From Vermamoeba vermiformis (taxonomy: Eukaryota): a stretch of 64,000 bases of DNA. The position numbers and the translations under genes are program-made. Positions 39,989-55,184 of this stretch are shown here, piece after piece (the stretch's first letter is position 1; the number at the start of each line of letters is the position of its first letter). The notes below the pieces were generated by a model that was not told the origin of the DNA, searched no databases, and saw only the letters and a program-made list of their open reading frames with translations. The stretch covers positions 186,001 through 250,000 of the forward strand of contig JBEWZL010000084.1 in NCBI GenBank assembly GCA_045837725.1. Reading direction: 5' to 3'.

Positions 39989-40146
39989 GACAAATTTAAT
40001 AATTTAATACTAACGAAATGTTAAAGCTGAGGAACAAGTTCAAGAAGAAAATATTAATGCGGATGATAATAACAATACAGTTGGAGAACCAACACCGTTC
40101 GACAGAATATAAAATTTTATTTGTACAGTTAATATTTTCTCTTAGA

Positions 40147-43100
40147 TTATTCTCCAAGCGTATTTTTAGGCAATGATTCTCCATAATTTTGAACAATTTG
40201 ATTCAGTAAGTCAGCCATTTTCTAAACGAAAAGAGTTAGATGTGGATCCGCTACTCAAAAGGCGATAGGTACGTACCACTTTATGTTCTTCATCGGTAAT
40301 CTTGTCAATACGCTCTCTAATGAACTTTTCTTTCGATATTATATGGTAGTGCAAGTACGCTAAGCTGTTCACTTTGACCGCATCCGGTACTTGTAACGGC
40401 GCTCTATTATCTCCGTATCCAATGCGAGCAGCATCCTAACGAGTCGTTAAAATACATAATATTATGACTCTAGTACCAGCATACCATAATATTTTCATAG
40501 AAGACCTTCATCTTCGGTATGTTCTTTGATCTGAATTCGTTCATTTCTTCCATGAAACTTTCCTTCGTTTGACTAGCCATATTCGCTACATTTTGAATAG
40601 TCTTGCCTATAAGCACTAACTGCCGCTGGCATTTAGTATTTGGCGGTTCTTTAGCGAAGAGATAAAAGTCAGTACAAAAAATTTCCTTTTTTGGAATGCG
40701 ACTTACCGTCCAGAATGCCGTAAGCGCTTGGAACTGTTATCGAAGGAATAATGAAGCGCAAGAATAGGAAATTTCCTAATGCTTTGTACACGGCCTCCGG
40801 GGATCCGAATCTGGACAAAATCACAACTTTCAGGCTGTTGAAAAACGCTCGGAATTCGCTAAGGCAAAAGGTAAGTATTTATGACTAATATATATACGCT
40901 ATTATACTTACGAAGGCACGCGTGACTCTTGACTGAAGATCACTTTGAGAATTTTCTGGCAAGTCAATAACAACTGCAACAAGTTCGCGTCTCGATCCGC
41001 ATTTCCATCTTTAATTTTTGCAGGATCAAGCTCCATTTCAATATTCAATATACTAGCCCCAGTATCTACAGCAGCGTCATCCTAGTAAGCTATTAGCATA
41101 TGCGACAAAGTGCGAATCTGATCTTGTACCGTTGATCTGGTAACGATCTCGAGCTCCTTGATGACTCTTGCTAGTGTATGGAAGATATATGGCACGCCAA
41201 CAATTTTAGAGTAGTACTTGAACAACTTGCTCGACATTGTGTCCTTACGGAATAGTTCATTTTCGGAAACTAAATCCGGTACATCACGATCAGTTCACTT
41301 TTACTATGATTATAAGACTTACCGCAAGCCATAATCTCTTTCGTAGAGAAATATTCAACGAAATCTGAAGCAGCACCTCTCATATGCGCCAAGAAAACTA
41401 AAGATTTTGCCACCTGGATCCGGTCAGTTACGAGAACTTTATCAAGGTCATATAACTTACGTTCTCCAATTCAGTTGATTCAGTAATATCTACTACGTAT
41501 CCTATAAACGATTTATCGTTCGCTGTGACGATACTTTCGAGCAGATTGTAGTTGCTATCGGTTCTAAAGTGCAGATCTAATTCTTTGCCGTACGCAACTT
41601 TGACGTAATCAGGCTCAGCTATATTGATAAAAACACCTTGTTGTTGCTTCTTTCGCACTAAGAACACTATAAGAATGATCACTACGAGAAGTCAAAGTTA
41701 GTCACGCGTACGCAATTTCCTAATTTGGTAAGTCGTACCTCCGACAATAACAGGAACGCCGACGACAAGACCAGCAATTAATCCATCTCTTAAGGCATCT
41801 CCCGATGGCTCACTTGGTGGGATAGGACAAGGATACTCAGTAATGTCTTGCACAACGCACAAAGATCCGTTGAAGCAGTTGCAATCCCACGAGTTGGAGT
41901 TAATCTCGCACGATGAGATTGGTCGTTGAAACGTCGGCAAACATCCTGACATCTGATTGTTGCGTAGAGATAGCCTAGACAACTTAGCTAAGCTGCCTAG
42001 ACTAGCAGGTATGGTTCCGGTGAGTTGGTTAAATGACAGATCCAGCTCGGTCAATGATCGCAAACCATCGAGATCTGGAATTTGTCCTGAAAGCTGATTG
42101 CTTCTCAGTTGAATAGACTCTAACGCAGTCATATTATTTAGCTCCTTTGGGATAGTACCAGTTAACGCGTTGTTGCTGATCGACAGCTGCTGCAAGCTCG
42201 TCATTGCACCAATCGTTGTAGGAATCTCACCCTCGAGATTGTTGTTATCCAAATTCAACAAATCAACGTTAGCCAGGGTCCCGATTGTCTGAGGAATAGT
42301 GCCACTGAGGTCATTATCGCTGAGCACAAGTTGTCGAAGATTGGCTGCAAGACCAGCTAAATTACTAGGAATAGTGCCTGTGAGTCCATTTCCGCCAAGC
42401 AATAATTGCTGCATGGACCCTAAAACTCCGATATTCTCCGGTAAGTTACCGCTAATGGCATTGCCCTCCAAATTGACGACTTGAAGGGCTGGCATTTGAT
42501 CGAAAAACGTCGGAAAAGGTCCGCTCAGTTGATTGCTTTGCAGTTGAAGGTTCAACAAGCTTGTCAAATTGGCAAAAGTCGATGGAATTTCTCCGACCAA
42601 TCTATTGGACGCCAGTACCAACGTCTTCAGTCGTGCCAAATTGCCCAATGTCTCAGGAACGACACCTGTCAATTGATTGTTTTGCAAGTCTAACGAAGCC
42701 AATGCATTGATATTGCCAATGGTGTCGGGAATAGTCCCGGTAAGTTGATTATTCGCCAAAATTATCTCTTGCAAAAACATGCAAGATCCAATCGTGTCTG
42801 CAATACTTCCTGAAAAGGAATTATCACCTAATTTTAACAAAGTCAAGGACGATATGTTTCCTATAGTAGCTGGAATCGTTCCTTCGAACTGATTTGACGT
42901 CAGATCTAGTGTACGGATCGACGCGATATCTCCAATAGTATCAGGAATGGCTCCAAAAAATCGATTTCCCTGCAGCTGAAGTTCAGATAAGCTCGTCGCC
43001 AAGTTGATTGAAGGTGGAATAGTTCCTGTAAACTGATTCGAATACAAGTTCAGACTTCTAATGGACGTCAAGTTCAATTGCTCAGAGATAGTGCCGTCAA

Positions 43101-44055
43101 ATTGATTGCCATGCAAATCGAGCACTTTGAGCGCTTGGAACGAGAATATAGCTTCAGGAATAGTGCCTGACAAACCAGTCTCGTACAATTCGAGCGTCTG
43201 CATTTTGGTCAATTTTTCAAATGACTGAGGAATGGTGCCAGACAGCGAGTTTTGTGCAAGACTTAACGTCGTTAATGTAGTTAAGTTACCAATAACGTCA
43301 GGTATGGTGCCTTCAAGCTGTGCATTTTTCGCGTTGAATTTTCTTAGAAGTGGAAGGTTCGAGATCAGTTTGGAGATTGTGCCGCCAAGAGGATTATCCG
43401 AAACATCGACCAATTGCATCTTAGTAAGAAGGTAAAACGATTCGGGAATATTTCCAGTAAGTCTATTGCCATACGCCAAAAATTCTACGGGTCGTTTAGC
43501 TAATCCGTTGTCGGGGACCTCCGGAATTCCACCAGTTAATTGATTAGTATGAACTCTAATATTTTGAAGGTACGTCCATAGAGATGCTGGTATAGTTCCG
43601 GTTAGCTCATTATCGTAGACCGAAAACACATCCAGTTGTGCCGCAGCTCCAATTTCAGGCGGAATTGTACCAGATAAGAAGTTGCCATCCAATATTAATT
43701 GGTCTAATCTACTTAATTGGCCTAATGATGCAGGTATGGTGCCTCCAGTAAGCTTGAAAGGAAGTTAGATCCGCTGATCCATTAAAAAGGCCTCCTACCC
43801 GATACGCCAAATTGATATTTTGTAAACGGAAGAAACCGCTCTCCTGTACGCATTTAAGGCCTGTCCATCTTTATCACAAGCGTAGAGAACTTGATCTGCT
43901 CGCCAGTTGGAAGGAAGGCCGGTGACTGAGTTAATCAGATCGAGCAAGGCGTCTGCCTCAGATTGGGGTAAAATAGCGTCTACTCGTAGTAGTGGCTCGT
44001 ATACAGCAGTTAGAACAAGCAGAGTTACAAAAACTCTTGCAGCTGAAAAGCGCAT
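40147..44055 (-). CDS. Signal peptide, about 25 LRRs, TM helix and RasGAP domain; apparent 1-nt frameshift near 43870
   Basis: 24-aa plant-type LRRs; TM GLIAGLVVGVPVIVGVIILIVFLV followed by RKK; RasGAP motifs ELFRKDT, FLFLRFIIPSI and KTIQNVAN. Confidence 0.85.
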
Positions 44056-44424
44056 CTAGCTGAAAATTAAGTTAAGAAATTCGTCAAATTAAATAAGAGA
44101 AAAATATTACATATATTTATAATTATAATATTACGGGATTTACGAGAACGTCTAAACGAAAAAGAAAAAAAAAAGCGCGTACCCTACAATACTGCAGCAA
44201 CAACTAGGAGTGCACTAATTTACTTGCTGAAGGTTTACCCAGTAGTGTTCACTACTATCTGTCTAATAATAAAACAACCAAACAAGAAAAAATCTGGAGA
44301 CAATTTTTGGCCAAGCGCGAAAGATCTGCTCATTGCGGTCAAGGGCTTCTCTCTGACCTGCTTTTTTTCCTCCTCAGCTTTCTTGATAGTGCTTTCAGGA
44401 CTAGTATGGGCGGTACAAATCCAG

Positions 44425-47158
44425 TTAACTTTCCGCGGCAAAATTAACTTCCTGGACAACGGTCAAGTTGAAGTGCTTGTACTGGTTGAGAAAACTTTGA
44501 GCCTCCTTCATTACTGTATGGAGTTCCGTTGACTCTTAAAACAAAATGTTAGTTCGTCATGTAGACTGCGATTTCATTGAAGATGTACCTGCAAACGAGG
44601 GCTTCATATTTGAAGGCTCGGAATGAATATTCACCACTAAAAAAGTTAGCCACGTTGGTTTGCTTCTTTGGACTTACTGCTTGGCAACAACACTGGTGGT
44701 TTGAAGAACTTCAAATGCTCGTGCGCTTCATAGCCAAGCAAGTCTATTAGTCCTTGCTCGCGCAGTACAATCAGCTCTACATTTTTGGGAAGCTTTGGAC
44801 AACTCTTTTGCGTGCAACGGATGGAGTGAGTGCTCTTCTCATCGTACCACTTCTTGTCTCTGATGGAATTATAGACCTTTGAATGCACCATAGCCACAAA
44901 CACAAACGTTAGTTTGAGAGTTACAGGCTGGTCATCCAGAGTCGTTTTGCTAGCGAAGCTCACTCCTCGATCGCCGAAGAACTAACAACAAAGTTAGCAA
45001 AGTGAGTACAAATCCAACACTTACTTTTTTGACCGAGACAAACGGGCACTTTCCGAGCTCATCAAGCACGTCCCAAAAGCTTAAATTCTGTTTGCCATAC
45101 TTCGCTTGGAAACACAACAGATGACACACACGATTGCCCGAATCAGCATTTCCATTGAGTTTGGCAAAAGCATCGGGACCATGAGATAAGTCTTCCGGCC
45201 ACACAACGTAATTGTCGTCCATTATGTTGAGCAAATCAGGCCAATTTTCCACATGCAAAGTGCGATGATAACGAGCTAGTTGATCGATGGGTACTTCAGC
45301 GATTGAATTTGGCTGTACTAGTTCACCTTGAGTTCTCATTGAAGGCCCTTTCACTGCTTTACGAGTCGTGTGTTTTACATTCGCAATGAAGGAGGTTCGA
45401 AGGAATTCGTAACGTTGGCCAAACGTTGCTTCATTAACACCACCAGTAGTCAGCGACAGGCTTTGGACGATGGTTTCCTCCAAAAGCTTCCATGCAGTGT
45501 CACTTTGTAGATTAGTGAAGGAAATTGCTGTGTTCTCCTTTTGGTACATGAATGCGAGTGACCGAGGCAAGAATAATCGCACTGTAGGAACGTCTTCTGT
45601 CGCCATATACGAAGCATCCATTGACTGAAGAACCTTTGTCGATGACGGCGCTATGAGACTAAAACCACAGGCTGGAGCCAAGTTCTTCAATTCGACATTT
45701 TTGATGAGCCAGTTTTCGTTCAAAGGGTAAGATTGCATGGCCCAGACGAATAATCTCCGGAACACTTTTTGACAGACATCGTTGAACTGCCACACTGCAA
45801 GGTGTGCTGCGACTTGGGAACGATCGACCTTTTCGTAGCTAATAGGAAAAAGTAGAATGGAGTCAAGTGCCGTCTCTTTGCTTGGCTTGTACGGTCCATC
45901 TCTGAAACAAGTCGTTAATAACTGTATGTGCGTAAATAATTAATAGAACTAACCGTTCGATGTCGTATTTGCTTATGCCCATTCGAATAATGAATTTTGC
46001 GTAATTTCGGCAAAAGTGTTCAATCTTGCTCAATTCAATGAGCGCCGAGACATTGCTGAGAATCAAAAAAGCGACATGAGAGTGCTCTGTGGTCAGTAAA
46101 TCGAGAGCTTCGCCAAGGTCGCTAACGTCAATCTTCTCTAAGACAACCAATCGTTTACCAGCTTGGCTGGCTTGGTCCGAATTTAGTTCGGGTAGAGACG
46201 TAGAATACTGAACGTCAATTGCCGAAATATTAACTTCAGCGCAGAGCTTGCGTTCTTCATCGCTCAGATCTTCTTCCAACCAATTGTGCTGCAGCACGTA
46301 CTGGATATACGAGCGGGTAATTCCAGGTTGAAAATTCAGCCTGATGTTACCTCTTTGTCTATACTCTGGGTGCAGCATCTTCATTATTTCCATATAAGCT
46401 CCCTTCGACAGGTCTTCGCTCTCGTTAATTATAACTTCGTTCATAAGCCCGAATTTCGTTTTTGACTCTGAGGTTTATAATTATATTAATAAAATTAATT
46501 AAAAGTACGAGAGCATCGAAATCTAAAGGATAGCAGTCAAATTTTGATCAAAATTTGGATTTGCAATTTCTATCGGGTGTCACGAATTTAGTTAGGCTTT
46601 CAGCGATGTAAAAATATTAATAGATAATGCCATAACATAACTTTATGACAGTACTACTTGCCTTTTGGCTCCATTGGTCTCTTCGTTGGGGTTGGCAGAG
46701 GCAAGACAAATCCGACGTTTTTCTTGGCAACTCTTGTAAAACTCCGGTTACTGATATCTTGTAGAGGAGATCTTTTCAAACAAGACCTGAAGCACGTACG
46801 AGGAGGTTAGTTGTTAGAGAACAATTTAACCAAAAAGAAATTTCGTCCTATGAACTTACTTTAACGGTACGACGGGCTTGTCTAGAGCTTTAGTGTCGCT
46901 GAGGTGGACTATATTTACCTAAAGCTTTGTAAATAAACGTATATTGTTTTTTTTTGGCGCCAAAAGCATTAAAATAAAAATTAATATTAAAATTTGGACA
47001 GAAACCAGATAATAATCTAAACAAGCAACGCTAATCCTAGTTATAGCTTATTTGAGCAAAAAAAATTGAGATGAGATTTGGATCAGATAGGCATTTACCT
47101 TTTGCTGGCTGGCCGTTGTGCACGTGGCAGAGTCATTTTCTTTCGAAGATTCGTTCAT
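44425..47158 (-). CDS. Crinkler-like protein with a PD-(D/E)xK nuclease-like domain
   Basis: Exons join in frame from MNESSKEN; FGQRYE, HGPDAFAKL..LLCFQAKYG..DELGKC. Confidence 0.6.
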
Positions 47159-47497
47159 TTTCGACTTTCGTTTTATCAAAGAGGCATGTGGTGACTTTGG
47201 GTAGGTGATCTACTCGTTCGAATTCGCATCTGATCCAACGTCGAGCCAGGTGCCCAAGATCAAGCCGAAGGAACAAGAGAAGAAACACCAAACAGAAACA
47301 ATAACGTGGAAACGCTTAACGAATCAGCTAACAATGGAATTAAATTTGTTTTTGGATGCACGTGGGTCAGGGTTACACTAACCGTTTTTTGCCCGTCAAA
47401 ATTCACCACGACGAAAAGGAAACGTCGGCGTTTTCTTAACCTTCGCTTTGAGAACTCAAATTGACAACACGACTAGTGAGTTCCGCAGATTTAGTTT

Positions 47498-50899
<3,402 letters not shown>

Positions 50900-51195
50900 A
50901 TCAACCTCCTTTGCACGAGCTGTTACAAATCCGACCGTAAAAATGAATTGAATCAATCAGCTTTTTTTTGGAAAGCCGGCTTTCAGCTGAAAATTGTGCA
51001 CGGGATCTTCCTCACTTTAAGAGAAATTAAATCATGAAACACGGACCAAGGAGTAAGCGCATGCATCAACTGGCATTTGGCTGTCAAATGTCAGGTTTGA
51101 CGGTCAAAACAGACAGTCTCGTGATTGGTCCACTCGGATTTTTCCGCCACAGCAAAGTTTAGAGAAGTGTTAAATGTTTCGTGTTCAGCAACAAT

Positions 51196-52386
51196 ATGAA
51201 TAGGAAACAGTTGTTCTCTGTTCTCCCGAAGATAATTTTGTCGGTCGCAGTGGTTGTTGTACTGTTTGTTTTGGTGTACATCCGCTCGCGACCAACAGTC
51301 GACGATGTCCCATCTGTGCCAGTCACACATTCAAACTTCGTTGAAGTGAAGAAGACCCGCATTGGTTTCATTACAGCAGGACTCGGCAAGGGTAAAGATT
51401 AAATACGTTGCATGGTCCGAAAAAGAGGATTGAATTAACGTCCGACGGATTATCTGTTTATTATGAAGTTAATTCTTGCAATGACTATTCGATTATAACG
51501 TCATGCATCAAATTCTTTCATTAAAATCTGACCTCGCAATTTTCCTTTCACAGGTTACCGCAAGTTCGCAGTAGAACTCTTCGAGTCTGCTGACAAGCAT
51601 TTCTGTAATAACAAACGCGACAAATGTACTCTTGATTTTCTTCTGTTCTCTGATGACACAAATGTCACCCATCCACCGTCCAAAATCATTTACCATAAGA
51701 AACAAGGGTGGCCAGCAGATAGCGAGAATAGGTAACTAAATTAAAGCAATATTCCAGCGTTATCGATAAATTAGCAACGGTTTTAATTTTGGGATCCTCG
51801 CAGATTCAAGTTCATCATTCAAGCCAAAGAAGAATTTGAATTGGAAAAATATGATTTCTTATATTGGTTGGATGCTGATATGTTGTTCGTCAACGACACC
51901 TGCGAAGACATTTTAGGAGAGTTAGTTGGTGCACATCATGCGTGGTACCCTTCTCCGTTAAAAAGAAAGTGGCCCTATGAAAGCAGAAATACTTCTATGG
52001 CCTACATACCTCAGGAGAATCAATACGAACAGGTCTATTTCCATGCTATGTTTTATGGTGGCGCTTCAAACGAATTCTTGAAGATGGTTGACCTGATGCG
52101 AAATTATTCCGATACCGACCATGCCAACGTAAGTAACAATAATCAATACTAGTACTATAATCATTGTTCATTTCGCCGCTTTTCGTAGAAAAAAACTCCG
52201 GCTTTTGTTAACTTTGCACTTTTTTAGGGGATTCAAGCGGTTGTAGACGACGAGAGCTATTTAAACAAATACTTCTATGATAATCCTCCCAACATAGTAG
52301 TCAGCATGGGCTTTGTTTGGACCAAGCGTGTCCCTGTAAAGACTCGAAAAATAGTAATAATTACCAGAGGAAAGCCACCAAAATAA
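51196..52386 (+). CDS. GT6 (ABO/alpha-1,3-Gal/GalNAc transferase family) type II membrane glycosyltransferase
   Basis: N-terminal TM; ESADKHF, YDFLYWLDADM, HHAWY, PYESR..SMAYIP, YFHAMFYGG, DESYLNKYF. Confidence 0.85.
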
Positions 52387-52634
52387 GCATTTCCAATGTA
52401 GGCGATTTAATTGTAAACAGATGCGTATACATTGCGGTTCGAACGTTTTGAGGAAGTTGGGCCCAATGAAATATTGTTTTGAATAAACTTCAGAAATTGC
52501 ACTAGTAACCGCCTGCACACGAATAGCGGTAGTTGAAGATCTAGCTAATATATATTTCCATCAATTAATACAATTGTTATCTCTGACTCTTATCGATAAA
52601 AAAAGGGAGATCCCGTTTGAGGGTTTAATGAAGC

Positions 52635-55001
52635 TTAGAAAAACTTCTCGATGTTTATTTTACTTAGCCTCTCCATATTTTTGAGTATTCTAAGCCACTT
52701 AAGACTTGTTTCGAGTTCTTTGTTGGGCTTGATTGGCGCTGTTGTAATGACCACTTCAGACACGCCCAAAAAGTTCTTAATAAACGAGTAAATCAGAGCT
52801 CGCTCGTACATCTCGATGATCTTCTCTCGCGATATTTTAACCACTCCAAATCGTTGTAACTGTTCGAAGTATCTGTTCAACACAACGTCTTCGAGCGCAT
52901 CCACTTCCTTAGGATCCGCTGAAATGTACAAGAAAAACGCTATGTCTATCAATCCATTGCCCTAGTACATTATTAGTCAGTAAAATAGCAAAAACAGTGT
53001 TAAATTTCGTTGAAAATGGTGAGAGAAAGTTTAGCTACTTACGATGTAGCCGGTTTGCCAATCAATTACAGCCACGGAAATATCATCGGATTGGTTAGGC
53101 ATTTCAAATAATGTCGTACTTGTCGGCTGCTTGCCAAACATAATATTATAGATCCATAAATCGCCATGGCAATATGTCGTCGGGAGCTCCAAACAGACGT
53201 TTCGCAATAAAAAGTCTCCTTTTTTGTACAATAAATCTCCAAGTTTGACGAGCTCTTTGGTTCCAACACGTGCTATTTCCTTTTTTGTCGAGTCCCATAA
53301 TATCTTGTATCGCGAGTGCAGATAGTTTGCCAAGAAGTTATCGTTCGATTGTGGGAGCCAAAATAATTTTGATAATTTTGGCGTTGCCCAGTACTCCGCG
53401 TGAAATTCCGCCATGCAGTCAACGACTTTCAAAATCAAGTCACGTGGCAGACCTTCATCGAACCGCATCGTTTTGGCCCAATGCAGATCTTCCATCAAAA
53501 TGAAACTTCTTCCGCCACCCACAAGAATAGCGGCATAATAGCAAAATGGCACGTGGGGGGTCAGTGTGATCGTAGCAACTTCGCGGAAAAACAAAACTTC
53601 CGTCTCGATCCAACGTCTATTGATTCCTGAAGCAAATTTTGCAACAACGCTGGAAGGTCTGTGTTTGACACCTGTCATTTGCAGATTTTCGTCTTTCAAC
53701 TCGTATTCAATGTCATATAGTCTATAAATAAATCCAGAATAACCTTCTTTTTGACCAATCAGCTTCTTTTCAAACTTCACGACTTTGTCGTTCTCTGAAA
53801 TGACGTTCTTTTCATGAAACACTTTTGTCAAGAACTCTGCTGTGATCTCGGACAATCTCGTTGGAGATTCAATTTCGCAGTCGCTCAGCAGATCCAACTG
53901 TTCCGCTGTCATCCACAATCGGTTGTCGGTCATGTACTTCACTACGCTGTCAATCCCGACCAGCTTTTGACAGGCTGTCATTCGAGCTGTCAAGTCTTCT
54001 ATTTGACACGCCTTTCGAATTGCGGTCGATGACACTTCCAAATTTGGACACTCGACGAAGTGCATTCTGGTCATGAAAATATAAATTAAAACTTAAATGG
54101 CCATTTCCTTATTTGGTAATTACTTTTTGGCGAGATCTTTGAAGTTCTTGACTAAATTGTTGAAAATCATCTTCGCGTCACCCCCTCTGTTTGACACGCA
54201 CAAAAGATGCAGACCTTCGTCCATCAACTTGTTTGGTGGCATGCCTAAACCGTCCTAATATATTAACCCATGATTAATGAGCATTACCATAAGCTTATGA
54301 TAGATTCCATTGTGCTTACAGATCCATAGAGCCAAAATACGGTGATTTTTTTGCCGCCAAATAACGGCGACAGTTGAGCTGTTACGCGACCAATAAAATG
54401 CCGCAGAATGGCATATCTAATTAAAATATGCTAGTATTAGTATTATTATAAGGTTGCGGTACTTTCGGTTACAATTCTATGTGTTTTTCAGCGTAGCATT
54501 CGAACAGATCTATCATCCAGTAATCAACGGCTTGAATAGCGAGATGAATCATATTAAGACGATGTTTTGTATTTACAGCATTTTGTCCTAACTTTCCGTT
54601 GGCATAAGCTGAATGACATGGCGAGACATAGCCTACGAAAAAAATGGTGGAAATTTGTTAGAATAATACAACGCGAATATTAGAATTTAAATAATTACCC
54701 GCGATGACTTGATATTTATCAAGATTATTTACATATTTTGTGGCCTCAGTAATCACGTTCAAATGGCCTAAAAATTAATTAAATTAGATTTTTTTACAAT
54801 AAGCCTTATGCCAATGTATACTGTGACGAATATAATTGCAGATTATATACCTGCATGAATAGGGCATAATGTGCCATTAAAAATTATAACGGCCGGATCT
54901 CTTCCTTTGTCTAACGATCCCAATCGCCCAGTGGGCAATACACCATAAGATTTTGGTTCATTATTGCCATTACTTTTTGAGGATGGTTTGTTCTTCTCCA
55001 T
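52635..55001 (-). CDS. NMNAT-like HxGH nucleotidyltransferase fused to an APH/ecdysteroid-kinase-like phosphotransferase
   Basis: IFNGTLCPIHAGHL, GYVSPCHSAY, HRLNMI and VSSTAIR, then in the same exon VVAK, ETEVLFF, ILMEDL, CHGDLWIYN and IDWQ. Confidence 0.8.
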
Positions 55002-55184
55002 TCTCGCTAGTTAAGAATAATTAGCGAGGGGACCGTTGTCGAATAAAGCCAAACTTTTTGAATTTTCAATATTTACTAAGTTTTGATTGGATTATTAATA
55101 TACATCAGATCGTAGTGTCGAATAGACACTGTGGTGCGTTTCAAAAAAATATTAAATAAATTTAAACATTATCAACATTTTTGC

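Noticed and set aside
41800-43750. 72-bp periodicity that could suggest a DNA repeat or CRISPR-like array
   Set aside because: Explained by degenerate 24-aa LRR coding repeats; there are no identical repeats with spacers.
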